A DNA stretch of 64,000 bases from Basidiobolus meristosporus CBS 931.73 (Eukaryota; Fungi; Basidiobolomycota). Below the pieces are notes generated by a model. It saw nothing but the letters and a program-made list of their open reading frames with translations. It was not told where the DNA came from and searched no databases. Shown piece after piece: positions 25,548-39,000 of the stretch. Numbering within the stretch: position 1 is the stretch's first letter; each line of letters begins with the position of its first letter. The stretch covers positions 88,523 through 152,522 of the forward strand of contig MCFE01000153.1 in the NCBI GenBank assembly GCA_002104905.1, in the 5' to 3' direction. The translations under genes were made by a program, and so were the position numbers.

Positions 25548-26352
25548 AATGAACAGGCTGCAACGGAGGTATGTATGTCAATTGGTACCATTCCTCGAGA
25601 CACAATCCCTGCGGTTATAATCCAATTTAATTAAATGAGGTTTATCGTTTCCATTGGGTTAGCGCGTTCAAGGCGAGGCAATGGGATGTTGCACACGGTT
25701 GTTTCCCGATGTGAAAAACATCCTATTTCAGGCCACCAAGGCCGTTTCTGAGAAATGCCCACCAATTCCCCCAAGAATAGGCATTGGTCGCTGTTCAACT
25801 AGGTAATAGATGTTGGTGTAACATCAGTGATATTAAAAATCCATCATAAAGATGTTGCCTTGAGGCACTCGGTCACCGTGAACCTGATTGGCATCGAGCC
25901 CAGCATTGCTGAGCTCCAACGGCGCGCCCTCGTTTACTATGTATGCTCACCATGTAGAGTAGTATACCATCCGCGTGTCCAATAGCATGCAGCCTGGCGA
26001 GACTGAAGTCACCAAACCCTGCGCGGGATAGCCATCCCGGATATGTATGGGAAATTGAGCATCAGCTCGAGTGGCTTGTGTACCAGTTGGCTGCTTTTAC
26101 ATTGATCCCATTTATTTTGGAATGGACCTCTAAAACCAAATCCCGGTGGGTGACAAGCAAGATGGGCGCGCAAGAAGAATGGCAAATATTGAAACTTACA
26201 TTCAAACTGACATACATGGTATAAAGGATGTGAAGTAATTTATAAATGAAAGAAAAGAGCGAGCTGTACAATAAAAAAGCTGATTTTCGCTATCCAACAT
26301 GGAAGAGATGGGGATTTGATTTGTTCGGTTAACTGAAGGCCTCGCTGGGTAA

Positions 26353-28479
26353 CTATTCTTCAGGCACGGTCTCTCGGGCTTGAGCGAAGAACAAGCGTAA
26401 TTCATTGGCGCCAATGTTTTCAAGCTGGTATTGGTTACCTGGTTCGGGGTCAATTGATGGATTCATGTTGCTTCGTACACATGTTTACTTCTTACCTCTG
26501 GGCACATGGAATTGTCCTCCGGTAGAGATGATAAAGCTTGATTCGTGGATGGTAACCCGGCACGAGCCGGATATCACGTAGAAAACCTGCCAGTTTGTGG
26601 TAAGAACTCACTGCAGCCACATGGCTCGTCGAATCTGGGGCTTACCATGGCGTTGTCGTAGGAGTTTCTTTTCGGCTTTTTGCCATTCACATGGATCTTG
26701 ATGATTCCGGAGGACATGAAGGCAGCTTCACCAAATGTCTTTTCGAACTCGAATGACTGGTTCTTCACTGGTTTGGTCGAAACCATATCTTTTGTCAAAC
26801 CAATAGCTAATTCACAGATATGGGAGTCAGTAAGAAGCCAAGCGCTATGTACGAACTAGGCTTACCTTGCTTGACGTCTTCGCCGGTATACCAATCACGG
26901 ACGGTGATCTCTTCGATTGGTTTGTCATCGTATATGTCGTCGTCGTCATCCTCCTCCACATCGATTCTCCGACCTTTCTTGGCCGCTGGCCTTCTTTTGG
27001 CCTTCTTCGGATGCAGGAATTGCTCCTCTGGGACAGTGACAATCTCCTTCACCACTGGCACGACATTTTGTCCTGGGACACCAACGATCAGTATGGGTGC
27101 CTATTTCCTTGTCCAAATCTGTAGTTACCTGATTTTCGGCGGCCGTAAACAATTCGTTCATTTCGCCAGTAATCAAGCGGCTTGACCCTGGTTCTTCCGC
27201 TGCGTCGAACACCCTCCTCTTCACTCAGGATCCTGGGGCTGACTTTCTTGATCACTAAATATTCAACATGCGCGTTAGAGGGATTTCATTGCTAAGTCGG
27301 GTGTAATCAAAGTACCCTGCTTGGGGGCAGCTTGCTTGGGAGCGGGTTTCTTCTTAGCGTCGCCCGAGGCTAGGTCATGAATTGAGTTAGGTTGTATCGC
27401 AGTAGGAATGGACTGGGGGATTACCTCTGCCTGAGCTGACGGCTTTCTTTGGGGATGGCTTTGAGTATAGGGGGGATGACTGCTCCAGGCTTTCGTTCAT
27501 ATCGTTTTCTGAGAGAACCTCGTCTACCTCTTCGTTCAGTTCTTGCGGAATACTTCTGGAACCTCGGTTTGACAGCGGACTGGCCGACAGCGATGAGTTG
27601 TCCAAAACGGAATCGAGTTCGGTGTCTCTATCCATTGGGCTTGGTTCCAGCATGGGCATAGAGTCGTCGGCGTCGGGGATAGTGGCTTCCTCCATCGAGT
27701 ATTCTTGTTCGGCCGGCGATTCTACGCGACGGCTTTGATACTTCGACCTCTGGTTATTCTTCCGGCTCGAGGAGTTCGGAGTGCTAGAGATCATAGGCTT
27801 TCTGATGGGTGAAGCGGTGATTTTGCTGGCGCTCTTCCTATTGATAGCACCGATATCTGGGGATTCCATGCTCTCCTCAAAGATATGTCGCGTTCTCTTA
27901 GCCGAGTAGACATTTCGGGTCACCGACTTTGGTACGGGGGTGTTCTCGGAACGATTGCTGTTGATGGAAATTACTAAAAGGGGAGGGGGTTACTTCTCAT
28001 GCATCGAAATGTTAGCCGAGCTTGGCGATTACCTGAAGATTGATCAAGGTAGGCAGCAGGACTGACTCCGCTTCCTATTTTGCTTGGAGATTAGTATCTG
28101 TCTCAAGAGGATCTACTCTATCAAAGAAGGCTACGCACCAACTGACAATTCCATATCCGCGGATTCTTCAAAGGTGGTCTCCAGTTCCGAGCGCTCCATA
28201 TCGATATTTTGACTCTGGGTGTTAAGCTTTGTGGGGAGTTGCTCATCCTCCGAAGAAGAGGCAAAGAAATCATCCACGTTGTCTAGCCCGTCTTCATCTT
28301 GTAAGATATTCTTTCTGATAAGAACTCCGGTTTTTCTGAGAGGTTGAGGAAGGGGGATTGGTTTCAGGGAATGGACGGACACGCTTAAACACGCTCGACA
28401 CTTACCTTCCGCGAACGCCGATGTCTGTGAACTGGTTGTCACGCTTATGACGCTTTTCCCTAGGCTTGACGGAGTTCAT
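26353..28479 (-). CDS. MIF2: Centromere protein C (CENP-C/Mif2/Cnp3), multi-exon
   Basis: Mif2_N-like GR|KTGVLIRKNILQDEDGLDNVDDFF; CENP-C motif GVRRSGRTRVKPLDYWRNERIVY (about 27150-27215); C-terminal cupin (FEKTF.., FHVPRG..NQYQLENIGANELRLFFAQA). Confidence 0.92.
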
Positions 28480-29712
28480 GTCTCAACGAGGATTTGGACT
28501 GACAGAGTGTAGTAATTTGGAGGGATTACAGGCTAGAATAAAAAGGAATTGCACTGAACCAAGGAGTGAAGGAGGCAACAGTGTTGGGGGTGGTGGGGGA
28601 CAAAAATTGTTCTATGCTGAAAGCACAAGTTGTAATTCAAAACAAGACCAGGAAGTCACCGCGTCCAGGTGCGTCAGGAATTTGTAGTCACTTATTTTGA
28701 TCGTGATTGTATTGGACCAACTGGAGGAGAAAACATAATGTAAATAAAGCATACGATTGGTGAAGAGCCAGAGTCCTTTTCATAGGGATTGTTGGTGGTG
28801 AAATGAGGGGATTTTTTCCGACCATTTCGATTATCATCAGATTTCTCGGATTCATTTCGCGCTTGAGCTACTCACCGCTGCCGCTGGTACTTGCTTCGAC
28901 TGTCGCCCGCACAGCATTTCCCCTTGTGCGAATCGACGGCCGGATGACTCTGGTAACGATCCACCGAATTCTCACCCCACATGGAATGCGATTAACAGAT
29001 TCTCCCAAATTACCTGACAAACGGGTACGTGCTGGCGTAAGCCATCCCTGGAGTGGACACGCCTGCTTGGAATAGCTGCCCCATCACAAGGCCATGCATA
29101 GGAACAATGAATCATTGGTGTGTAAGGCAGCTACAGGTTTGGTGGGCTCACCATTGGTGAAGTTTCTGCTCTTTCACACCAATGCAATATTATTGTGGAT
29201 GGTATCGTCCACCTCCGCCTTTAAACAGGATATGGCGATGTGATGGAGGTTGTGCTAGGTGGAGGCAACATTGAAAGGATCACTCCATCTACAACACGGA
29301 GATTCGTGTATTATCCCTTTCGCTCGTTGAGATAAGGTGGCTGTGGCGACGCAAAATCAGACACAAAGCGTTCTTGATCGATTATTCGAAACAATCATAT
29401 CGCAAGGCGGGGTAGGGTTGCCTAATGAATCAATCAAAGAAGCGGTGCTAGCCAACATGATAACCAGTTCTGAACGAACAAACACCCGGTTCCTGCGATG
29501 CCAGAGATAGCTTCAATGGTTGGCGAGACCAGAGTTGTGCAGGAGAAAATGGCAGATTCTGGTTCCTGAAATGCATTGTCAAAATTTATTTTAGGATTGG
29601 GCAATGGAATTTATCACAAATGCACGGTGTGATGGGGAGGAATGGAATGTTGTTCGGATTCAATTGCAATGTTGATGCAATTGCAAGAATCTAAATGCGC
29701 TACACACTGGCT

Positions 29713-31201
29713 TTATAACATCCACTTCTTGAACGCCTCGACCTCCCTTTGTCTAGCATCCTTGAGAGATTGAGTGTCCGTAGTGGCATTGGTGCCCAGA
29801 TCCGTACAGTGAGAACCTTTGGTGATGACTACCAGAGGGCTAGATGGTTTGTCGTGACGTTTAGGTGCATTGGGGGAGTTCACAGAAAGCTTCCTCCAGG
29901 GGTCGATTTGACCGTCGGTATAGAAAATTTTGGGAGTACGTACATGCCAGCCATGATGCTGTCGGTTAAACTTGGTGATCTCTGGGGTCATTTTTTTTCC
30001 GAATATCTTCTCACAAGCGTTGACCTGCTGTCTTAGATCACAATACTTGGAGCGAATTCTTGGGAGCGGCTCGCGGGGTGCGGTCTGGAAATACCCAAGC
30101 TCAATGCATGTTTGCCAGTACCAGCTCTTCGTGTCATCGTGTGACAGATTCTTGTTCATGCCTTCGTAATCGTAGAAGTGAAGGGAGTCCGGCCCCTCGA
30201 TTTGGTCTTTAATGTATTGAGCCCAGATATTAAGCTTATCTTGGACAGTCTTGGCGGTGTCAAAAGGCTGGCAAAAAGTGTCAATGGGGTCTACTTTGGC
30301 TGGCCTGTAGTATTGTACAAGCCCAGAGAGGATATCGGTGTAAGCAAAGGCAAAATCGGCATTGTCGGTAATGTTCTGAAGCCCAAAGGTAGTCTTAAGG
30401 TTAGCGATTTGCTCCTCGTCTCTCTCATCCAAGATTCCGTCTATATGCTTGGTAACCTCGTGAAGGTGCTTTGCACAGGGAAGCGCTTCGGTTAGCGCCA
30501 AGTCGTATTCGTAGAAGTCTGCTTTGGCTTGAACTGGGCCTGAGGATGCGAGTGCAGCATGAATTAGTTCTGGGTACTTTTGGCGGCCCCAAGAAGCTTG
30601 TGCTCCAGCGTAGGAGCCGCCAACAAGAGCCCATTTGGTCTTAGGGGAAACACCTTCGTGAGTGAACTTTCGAATGAAGTTGGCGAAATCAGCCAGGCCT
30701 TGGTCGACGGTAAGAAATCGCAAATCTTCCGGGGTGGACTGTGGGGTCGGAAGAGATTTCCCGTAGTAACGATGCTCCAGCCCTACAATCATACCGTTAG
30801 TGGCCTCGGCAAGGTTACGAAGCTGACCGCCGCCAACAGGTCTTGCAGCACCTTCTCCTGGGGAGTAAACTGAAACACCTAGTTAGTTAGGGTGCTGTGG
30901 ATTATGACTCAAGTGACTTACGAAATACTGGGCCCCCAGGCTTGAAGTAGGTGGTGTTCAAGAAATAGCGTTGCTGAAATACAGTTGTGTTTTTGCTGAA
31001 GTGGTCCACCTGTTGGTCGAACCAGTGCTCCGGTAGAGCGCTGGGGTCAGCCGCTAAAATGCCAGGGATGCTCTGAATCCAATCCTCACCCTCCAGTTGC
31101 GCGTGGTGTCTTTTGATATGCACAGCATTACCAACACTAAGCAAATGGAACGAGCCGAATACTGTCAGGCAAGCCTTCACCCACATTGATTTATATAGCA
31201 T
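29713..31201 (-). CDS. Secreted serine carboxypeptidase, family S28, 2 exons
   Basis: Signal peptide, WFDQQVDHF, LEHRYYGKS, nucleophile GGSYAG, SSGPV, WQTCIELGYFQ, HCTDL. Confidence 0.92.
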
Positions 31202-32614
31202 GAGTAGTTAGTTTGACAACGAGCGCGCATTCAGGGTACTTATACTTCACTCATCTGGCATTGCTTGCATCACCCAATATCAAATCCTCGTAACTAATCT
31301 TTGATCTCAATCAAGTACAACAGTCACCAACCAATGGCACATCACCTCCAATCCGGTCTAATCTATCGTGTAGGCAATCTCTCTGCATGCCGAAAATTAA
31401 AATACTGAGCAATTGAGAATACATACTATAACGTCCCTTGGGCGACGGCTGATTTTGGCTAAATTGGCCATATATCTCACGTCACAAGCCCAGCTCGATA
31501 TTCACGTGGTACACAGGTGTCTAACGTGTTGACTAATATAACTATGTCCTTGGACTAAATGACCAAGACCGCGGCTGTTCAGTGGGGTAATGTACGAATT
31601 GTATCTGAAGCTTGAGACAAGGGATAGCCAAGGTGTTGGTATGCGACACGGGCGACAGGATCATGGATTCCGGTCTTCTAGGAACCTTCCAGGATCACTT
31701 GGGTATGTCTGCGGGATACGCTTACAGGAAAACTGTGAACTCGTTTGAATACATGTGCCGTGTCTGGGATCTCTACTCCACTCCACACCACTCCATAGAC
31801 CCACGCATCGACCGATGCAATTGGAGTACTGATCCTAGCTTGACATGCAATGACGAATATGAATCAAACTCATTTCTCGGATTTTCCTGGTGGGTTTCCC
31901 GTTCTCTAGTGGTTCAGTTGCCCTTTGTAACGCATCCAGATCTCTTGGCAACCCCCGTATATAGGTTCTGTGCCGGTGATACGAGTCGACTGCGTGTTCT
32001 TTCTGTAGTTAGCCCCTACTTACTGGTGAACGCAACGTAGGACAGTTGAAGGGCGAGCATGCAAATCCATTTTCTTATTTGATTTGAAATTCGACAGGAG
32101 GCTATGGGGAAAGCCTAGCATATTGGGACATGGCGATCACGAAGCCTTTGTTAGCCTCGATTGTGCGTCAGTGAAATAGCTAGTTGGCATATCGGATGGG
32201 TTGTTCAAATTGCAGTTTATCATTTGTCATTAGATTTTTCTTCACTGAGTTTCGGTCAGACGTGGTAGGGCTAGTTCTTCTACGAGGAGGGCTATCTGCA
32301 GCTCTCACCTACCACATATCCATCGCAGCAACCACTAAGAACGACCTTGTGAGTTCTAGTGTAATGCCTTTGCGGCTCTGAGATCAGGAGTGCTTTCTTA
32401 GCGTACATACAGCAAGCGCAATCCAACTATGCGATTGGCTTTATCCTGGTCAAGCTAATTTGTGCCGATCTATCCCTATCCTGTGATTGAATGGTTGTTT
32501 GGCGCGACAAATCCAGGTCGTCCACATACGATTGTTCTACATTTACGAATACGTATTTGTTTATTTATTTACGAAGTTGCTTTCTAGGCAACACTTTCTT
32601 CCTGAAAAAAAAAA

Positions 32615-34536
32615 TTAGGCGGATTTGGAAGAGTTGTAAAATCCTTGAAGGAGCTGGTAGAGGCCATAAGCTCCCGGGTCGGGTACGCGATACTTGGGAT
32701 CCTTATAAGGCTGTTCATCCTCGCCATGGCCAACATATGTGGCGCGGCCACGAAGTGGGATCATGTCAATGGTGGAGTCTACTGCGGAGCTAGCCTCCTT
32801 GACGGCGGCTTCGAAGGAGTTCTCCTGGGCGAATTTCTCTACGAAAGGAATCAGAACGTCCATGAGGGTACGGTGGCCAACTCTGGCAGTGGTGTACTTC
32901 TGTAAGCTGGCTAGGGCGGAGTTTAAATAAGTCCCCCATTGCTTAACGGCATAAAGATCGGCCGAGTTTGATGTTCTGAACGCGTTGGCCAGAGCATCCA
33001 AGAAGATGCAATACAAACCGCCAGAGGTACCGCCCATGGTTTGCTCGACGATCTCGCTGATCTTCATGATAGTAGCAGCGGGGTTTTGATCATCGAACGG
33101 AATCTGATCGGCTTCGATGGCTTTCTTGATAGCACTGGCACCTCCCTTCAGGGTCAAGCCGCAATCACCGTCACCCCAGATTGTGTCGTAAGCAGTGATC
33201 TTGGGCTCTTCTTTGATAGCGGCTTCGCAAGCGGCGATAATAGCCGGTTTCCAAGCTTTGACAAGATATCCGTCCTTGGTAGTAGTTGTTTCAGTCTTGT
33301 CCGATCCAGAGGCAGCCCTCTCAATGAAATCCTCGCTGACAGACCAAGGTTTGCCCTTGGAGCCCATCAGGTTGCTCCATCCAGCTACTTCAACTGGATA
33401 ATCCAACCATGTGAGGAGATCTTTCTCCGACTCGGTAGGAACAGCCAGGAGGGTGAGTGACACGCCTTGCATATCCAAAGCGGTCATGAAATGGCCGGAA
33501 TAAAGTCGAAGAACTTCGAAAGACTTGGATTCTGTTATTACAATGGTGGATTAGTGGCCATATCCTTGCCTTAGAAGTAAGCATAGAGCATTACCCAAAT
33601 ATTCAACAGCGTCTTTGCTGACAATGCCCATCTCTAGAGCAGTAGATCCACCAAGGTTGTTCACCAGCAAGATAACCTTCTTGTTGGCAAATTTCCCTTT
33701 CATTGGGTTAGACTCGAGGATTTTATCAATGATAAGCTTGACAAGATTCTTGGAGGTAGAGAGCTGGGCAGTCTGATAGCCGGGTTCTCCGTGGATACCT
33801 ACGAACCGACTTAATCAGGTCGTTACTCATAACAAAGGTTTACTCGAGTTGACTTACCCATTCCTAATTCAATCTCGTGGCCCTTAAATTGTCGAGCTTC
33901 GTTCGCGGTGCCAGGTACGGTGCAGGGTCTGAGCGCGACTCCGATGGTACCGACGTTGCTAACAACGGTTTCAGCGGCAGCCTTGACTTGCTCGAAAGTT
34001 CCGCCAAGAGCGGCAGCAGCACCTGCACATTTGTGAACCAAAACGGTGCCAGCCAAGCCACGTCTACCTACGGCCGAGTCTTCACCACCTCCGACGCCAA
34101 CATCGTCTCCTACTACAAGCAACTCAATTTTTTCGGCCAAACCTTCGGCACGAGCTCTCTCCAAGGCTCTGCCAAAGTTGATGATGTCACCAGTGTAGTT
34201 CTTCACTACGACCAGAGTGCCGTGTTTGGCGGAAGCAACATTACGCAAGCAGCTTAAAACCTGAGTGGCAGAGGGGGAGGCAAATACATTACCAGCCACA
34301 GCGGCGGTCAGCATTCCCTTGCCTACCAAGCCAGCATGAGAAGGTTCATGTCCAGAGCCACCGCCACAAATGACGGTTACCTGGGAATCGCGCAATTGAG
34401 CGGCTTGCTCGGAATAGACAACCTTGTGATCCAAATCCAAGCGAAGATGTGGGTGCACTTGGCAAAGGCCCTGGAGTGACTCGGCAACGAGCGAGTCGGC
34501 CTCGTTCATCAAGTGCTTAGAAGCGGGTGTGGTCAT
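32615..34536 (-). CDS. DAK1: Dihydroxyacetone kinase (DhaK+DhaL fusion), multi-exon
   Basis: GGGSGHEP, KNYTGD, GRRGLAGT, GDGDCG, MGGTSGGLY, RTLMDVL, GRATY and DPGA motifs. The likely start is MTTPASKHL at 34536; the ORF track extends it to 34575. Confidence 0.93.
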
Positions 34537-34989
34537 AACGTGAAGAAGTTTCGCAGCAACCTCATGCCAGTGCACGTATATATCTAGATCGTCGGCCCGA
34601 TCACCATCAAATCAGGTGGTTCACGAAACGTCCCTACCATTTCTGACATTCAGTGTATATTTGAATATTCTAGAGCCATTAAGGGCGGCCTAATCGTGCG
34701 TTGAATCCGATAGAAAATAGCGATTTGTAGTTCGTGGATAAATAGGTGATACTGTAACTCTATTCTGCATGCTTTTCCATAACCGAATTATCGATAAGTC
34801 TGGTCACAATGTCGACAAATAGGGCACCTTAATATATATTTCTGGAAAGCTTCCCATGGTTAAGACTTGACGGGAATATTATGCGCCCTTGAGGCAGAGA
34901 CATCACACCCCTCAGTGTCACCATGACCGTGAGATACACCCATCAAGAGCACTTCCCACTAGCCGCCAGCTCGCCGGTTAGCTACAGAT

Positions 34990-36010
34990 ACGCTTGACTA
35001 CTTGCGAATTGGTGGTCTCCAGCTGAGGATCTTCTCCAGCCTAGATCCAGGCTGATATCGAGTTTGATCTACCACGATTGTTGTGGGTTTGATCCAATCC
35101 GTACAGGAGTATTGGGCTAGATTCAATCTTTTATCGTCAGACACTTACGCAATGTATATCTGCTATGCTCGAATTTCCAGATGCTGCTTTCGGCACTTCT
35201 ATTGGTATGCTCCAGTCTCCCACGAAAATAAAAACATTCATGTAGCCCAGCATGTATCTTCATATGTGCTGTAGCACTGAGCCGATTGTTTTGGTGTCTT
35301 GCAGTTACTATATACGAATGCGGGCGGGTTTTGCGCATCGTCTACGTCAGATGGCCAAGGTAATTTGCGTGGGCTGGATTACAATTCTGAAAGCTGATTC
35401 AGCTAGTTTTGGGTTGACAGTTTCATGTGTTTCAGAGCGTTGGAATGTTACTATGCGGTCCGTGTGGCCAGATGGATGTGAGGTTCTGAAATGGCTAATA
35501 GAAACGGGCTCCAGTATGTGTTTCACCAGCGCCATTCCAATTTAGTACCAAGAGGGGTTCTGTCTCACTTCGAAGCAACCCAGACCCAACCGTGGCGTAG
35601 AAATACTTGACATAAAGCTAGAGGCCTATTGATAGGTTGAGGAGGATCGCTGAAATGTCGACACTTCCATAATCATGGTGCTTCCTGTGACAGGTGTTCC
35701 GCCTATTCATTTCAATTGTGTTGCAGAGCCTAGCTCCGCGCTTCAAATTCCGGGATTAGTAAGGGCTACCTGCATCATCCCAGCTCTGGTGATTTGTGGG
35801 GGACCGTATTCCCAAGGAATCAACAAATAGCTGCAAATGGGAGGGGTCTGTGCCAGAATCAGACCGAGAAAGAACGGATCAAATGCAGTGGCCACTGAAT
35901 CAAAAGATCCACATCGGTGTTAGACGTCCGTCTTAAAAGGAAACATCTGGATTTCACCGACTCCAACACAATGTGCTTTGCGAATAATTGTCCATGTAAC
36001 ATCATCACTT
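34990..36010 (-). CDS. Putative multi-exon gene of unknown function
   Basis: Several open segments with plausible GT-AG ends (..VKHILEPVSISHFRTSHPSGHTDRIVTFQRSE.., ..KIHAGLHECFYFRGRLEHTNRSAESSIWKFEH..). No family recognised; boundaries approximate. Confidence 0.3.
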
Positions 36011-36830
36011 GGAATGGGTACCGTGTCCGTAATGAGCACGTTGCCTCAGAACTATGCTTTGCCCCGGAATCTTGCCAAACAACCAGTCATGTATCACTGA
36101 TGATATCATCGCCAGTTTTCCACACACACTCGTAGATCGAAACGTCTCCTTGGCTACAACAAATGATCGGCCACATCAATGCTCCTTTACTGCCCATTTT
36201 CAAGCTGAATCTACGCGATGCCGTGACCATAGTGTAATGTTCAGCCAGCGAGGGGGTTCGGGACATCTAAAGACAACGCCATCATGCTGTGCGAGAAGGC
36301 TGTATATACCGGATTTAGCCTGATATTGCTTGTTGCTCAATGCCACTCCCGTTGTGGGTCAGTGCTTCTGACCTGTCAGGTGACAAAGCAGTAGCAGATG
36401 CTGAGCACCAGCTCTCACAATGGCTTGCTAACATGGACCGTGGTCCCACGTCTGGCTCCTGCTCAGATGACCATTCTTGGATGATTTCAAACCGGGGTGA
36501 TCCGAGTTGAAGAACTGTTGGGTGTGGTATTGGTTGTATACAATTTTATCCAGCGATTGATAAAGTCAAGCAAGTAAATCAAATAGCAATGAGGCAATCG
36601 ATGAAATATCAAGATATTACATGTATAAGGGCGTGGTAAGCTGCCTATACTGGTTCATAAAAGTCAGAAAATATACATCAGCGGACGCTGGATGGGAGCT
36701 TCAGAAAGCGTTGATACGGCAGCTTTGCCAAAGTGTTCCTTGCCAGGTAGATTACACCTCTCAATAGAAAAACAGATCCTTCTCACCGCTCCTCAGAGCG
36801 TTAAACATGTGGGGCCATTATTACAAGTAG

Positions 36831-37893
36831 TTAGTTTTTTCGGAAGCACTCCAACTCCGCATCATCCCAGCTAAAGAACTTCCCATGGTGCTGGCGCGGA
36901 ACCCCGTCAGTCCCAAGCTTGGCCAGAACAAAGCCCACTTCGTCTGGCCTCACCAAGATATTGTTCCGCTTCATGGATATAAATCCATTGAAATCATTTC
37001 GTGACATATGTTTGGATCCTGAAGAAATGCTTTAGTAAGGCTTCTGCGAAAGTAACGCATAATTATTGGCAATGTTTACCCGTCTCCCGAACCAATTTTT
37101 GGAAATCTGTATCAACTGCACCCGGATGTATCGCTGTGCATCGAACCTCGGGCTCTTCGATGGCTAACCCGTAGGTGAACATGTTAAGTGCAGCCTTGGA
37201 GCTGTTCGCAAGAATATTCAAAGATGCCTAGTGAGATTATGCTCTGCTGCTTTATGTGGTTATCACTCACCAGCAATATGCTCCCCAGCCAGGAAAAGCG
37301 ATCATGGCTGCTCCGGAGCTGACCATTATACAGCTCCCTCGAGATTTTCTCAGTTCTGGTAAGGCCTTTTGCACTAGACTGACGACAGAAAAGAAATTCA
37401 ACTCGAATAATCTGAGGAACGCTTCGCTGTCAGTATTGTTCCCATTCAACGTAAGGACACGGACATGTCTCGTTTCTTACCTTCTCCATTCCACCTCCTC
37501 GATGTCGCATAAAGTTTTGATAGGATCAATCATTCTACATCGGATAGAATACTACGTTAACATATGCTATATATATATATATGTATATATACGTTGGCCG
37601 TATGCGCTGCCGAAAAATACTAACCCAGCATTCAATATTATACTATTAATTTTGGTGTGCTTTTTCACGGCGTAGTTGACTACTTTCTCCACATCTTTTT
37701 CCAGTAGCAGATCAGCTACCACATAAGAGAAATGCTCGGACTGACTGGTTTCCTCTTTCAGGGTGGCTAATAGGTGTTCCGAACGCGCAACACCGACCAC
37801 GAAGGCCCCTTGTTCTAGGGCTTCCAAGGCCACTGCTCTCCCAATTCCACGAGAAGCCCCTGTAATGATGATTACTGGAGCCGGGGTTGACAT
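36831..37893 (-). CDS. Short-chain dehydrogenase/reductase (IRC24/YIR035C-like), multi-exon
   Basis: IITGASRGIG, LNAG, MVSSGAA, spliced catalytic YxxxK (AYC|SSKAALNM), HPGAVDT, ending GKFFSWDDAELECFRKN*. Confidence 0.88.
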
Positions 37894-38631
37894 GCTTAGA
37901 GGCGCCTGAATCAACTATCCCAAGACAATGTCGCAAACCAAAGCAGGGCCAGTAGAACGTAGGGCAATCTATGAAAGTATGATGTTGCAGTTGATACGAA
38001 GCTCGGCAAGCTTTAGAGGAGCTTGGATAGGTGTAGGCAGCTCAACTGAGTTGGTAAAAGAGCCTTCAAAGGCATTCTGCCTAGATAAATGAAATATGAT
38101 GGCTCCCCTACCCCACCTCGTCCTCTCTACCACCTCATAGTTTGCTTACCTGTGACACTTGCTAGCCATGAGCCGGTGCTGTGATTTGCACGATGTCCCA
38201 TCGAATACGAATGAATGATGTCATAGTTCCAGTTCGGCAATATCTAGTTGAGTATCCAGTCAAAAAGGAAACTTAAATTTGAGCGGTGGTGGAGGTAATA
38301 TGGACGAATGACTAATAGTTCAGCATTCGCTTCCAAATGGTAATCAGATCGACCAAGATAGATCTTATGGATATGCTGCCGTGCAGGTCTCAAACGAAAT
38401 CGAGATAATCCATGAACACATTTGTGTAGCATTTTACACAAGGTTTGACTACATCGCTGGATTCAAGACGCTCACCACGAATCAGAGCAGTCAAAGCGGT
38501 TCGTCTTGCCATGCATCCAGCATTCATCCAGTAGAGGGGGCTTACGTTAAAATATATAAGGAATCCTTGATGGATACCATGATGAAGACCGCAATAGCGT
38601 CATAGCGTCTTTTCGATTGACCAGGATTCAG

Positions 38632-39000
38632 TCACGGGTTGTTGCGGGCATTTGAGCGGTTGGAGAACTCAGGGCTCCGAATTGTAGATGGCTCGGGAGC
38701 ATACTTTAGCGGAGCTTCTGATGGAATTAGTGGCTATGTTGACGTAAATTGCATCACACTTACTGTCCACATCTTGCGCAACTGAGGTTAGAGTCGCTGG
38801 TGAATCTTGAAACACCCTTAACCCCAGGCAGATGAGAGAGCTGGGTCTATCAAACATGCTATTACTATATGTGATGTCAGTCAAGGGGTCAGCGTACAGT
38901 GGATGAGGGGAATGCTCGCTTATTAGACTCACGAAATGGCCCCTGGGTGGGCTTGCATACATCGTCGGTCAACCTTACTGGCTTTGTCTTCAACAGCCTA
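38632..39000 (-). CDS. 3' exons of an unidentified spliced gene (may extend to about 40.8 kb)
   Basis: Three exons join in frame through GT-AG introns (AVEDKASKVDRRCMQAHPGAI|SNSMFDRPSS..DVD|KAPLKYAPEP..NARNNP*). Upstream exons unresolved. Confidence 0.35.

Noticed and set aside
28800-29600. Structured ncRNA such as telomerase RNA or RNase P/MRP
   Set aside because: No template-length C-strand repeat or recognisable conserved motif; left unannotated.
29713-37893. S28 peptidase, DAK and SDR as tailoring or resistance genes for the NRPS
   Set aside because: They are common primary-metabolism families with no pathway link visible in the sequence.
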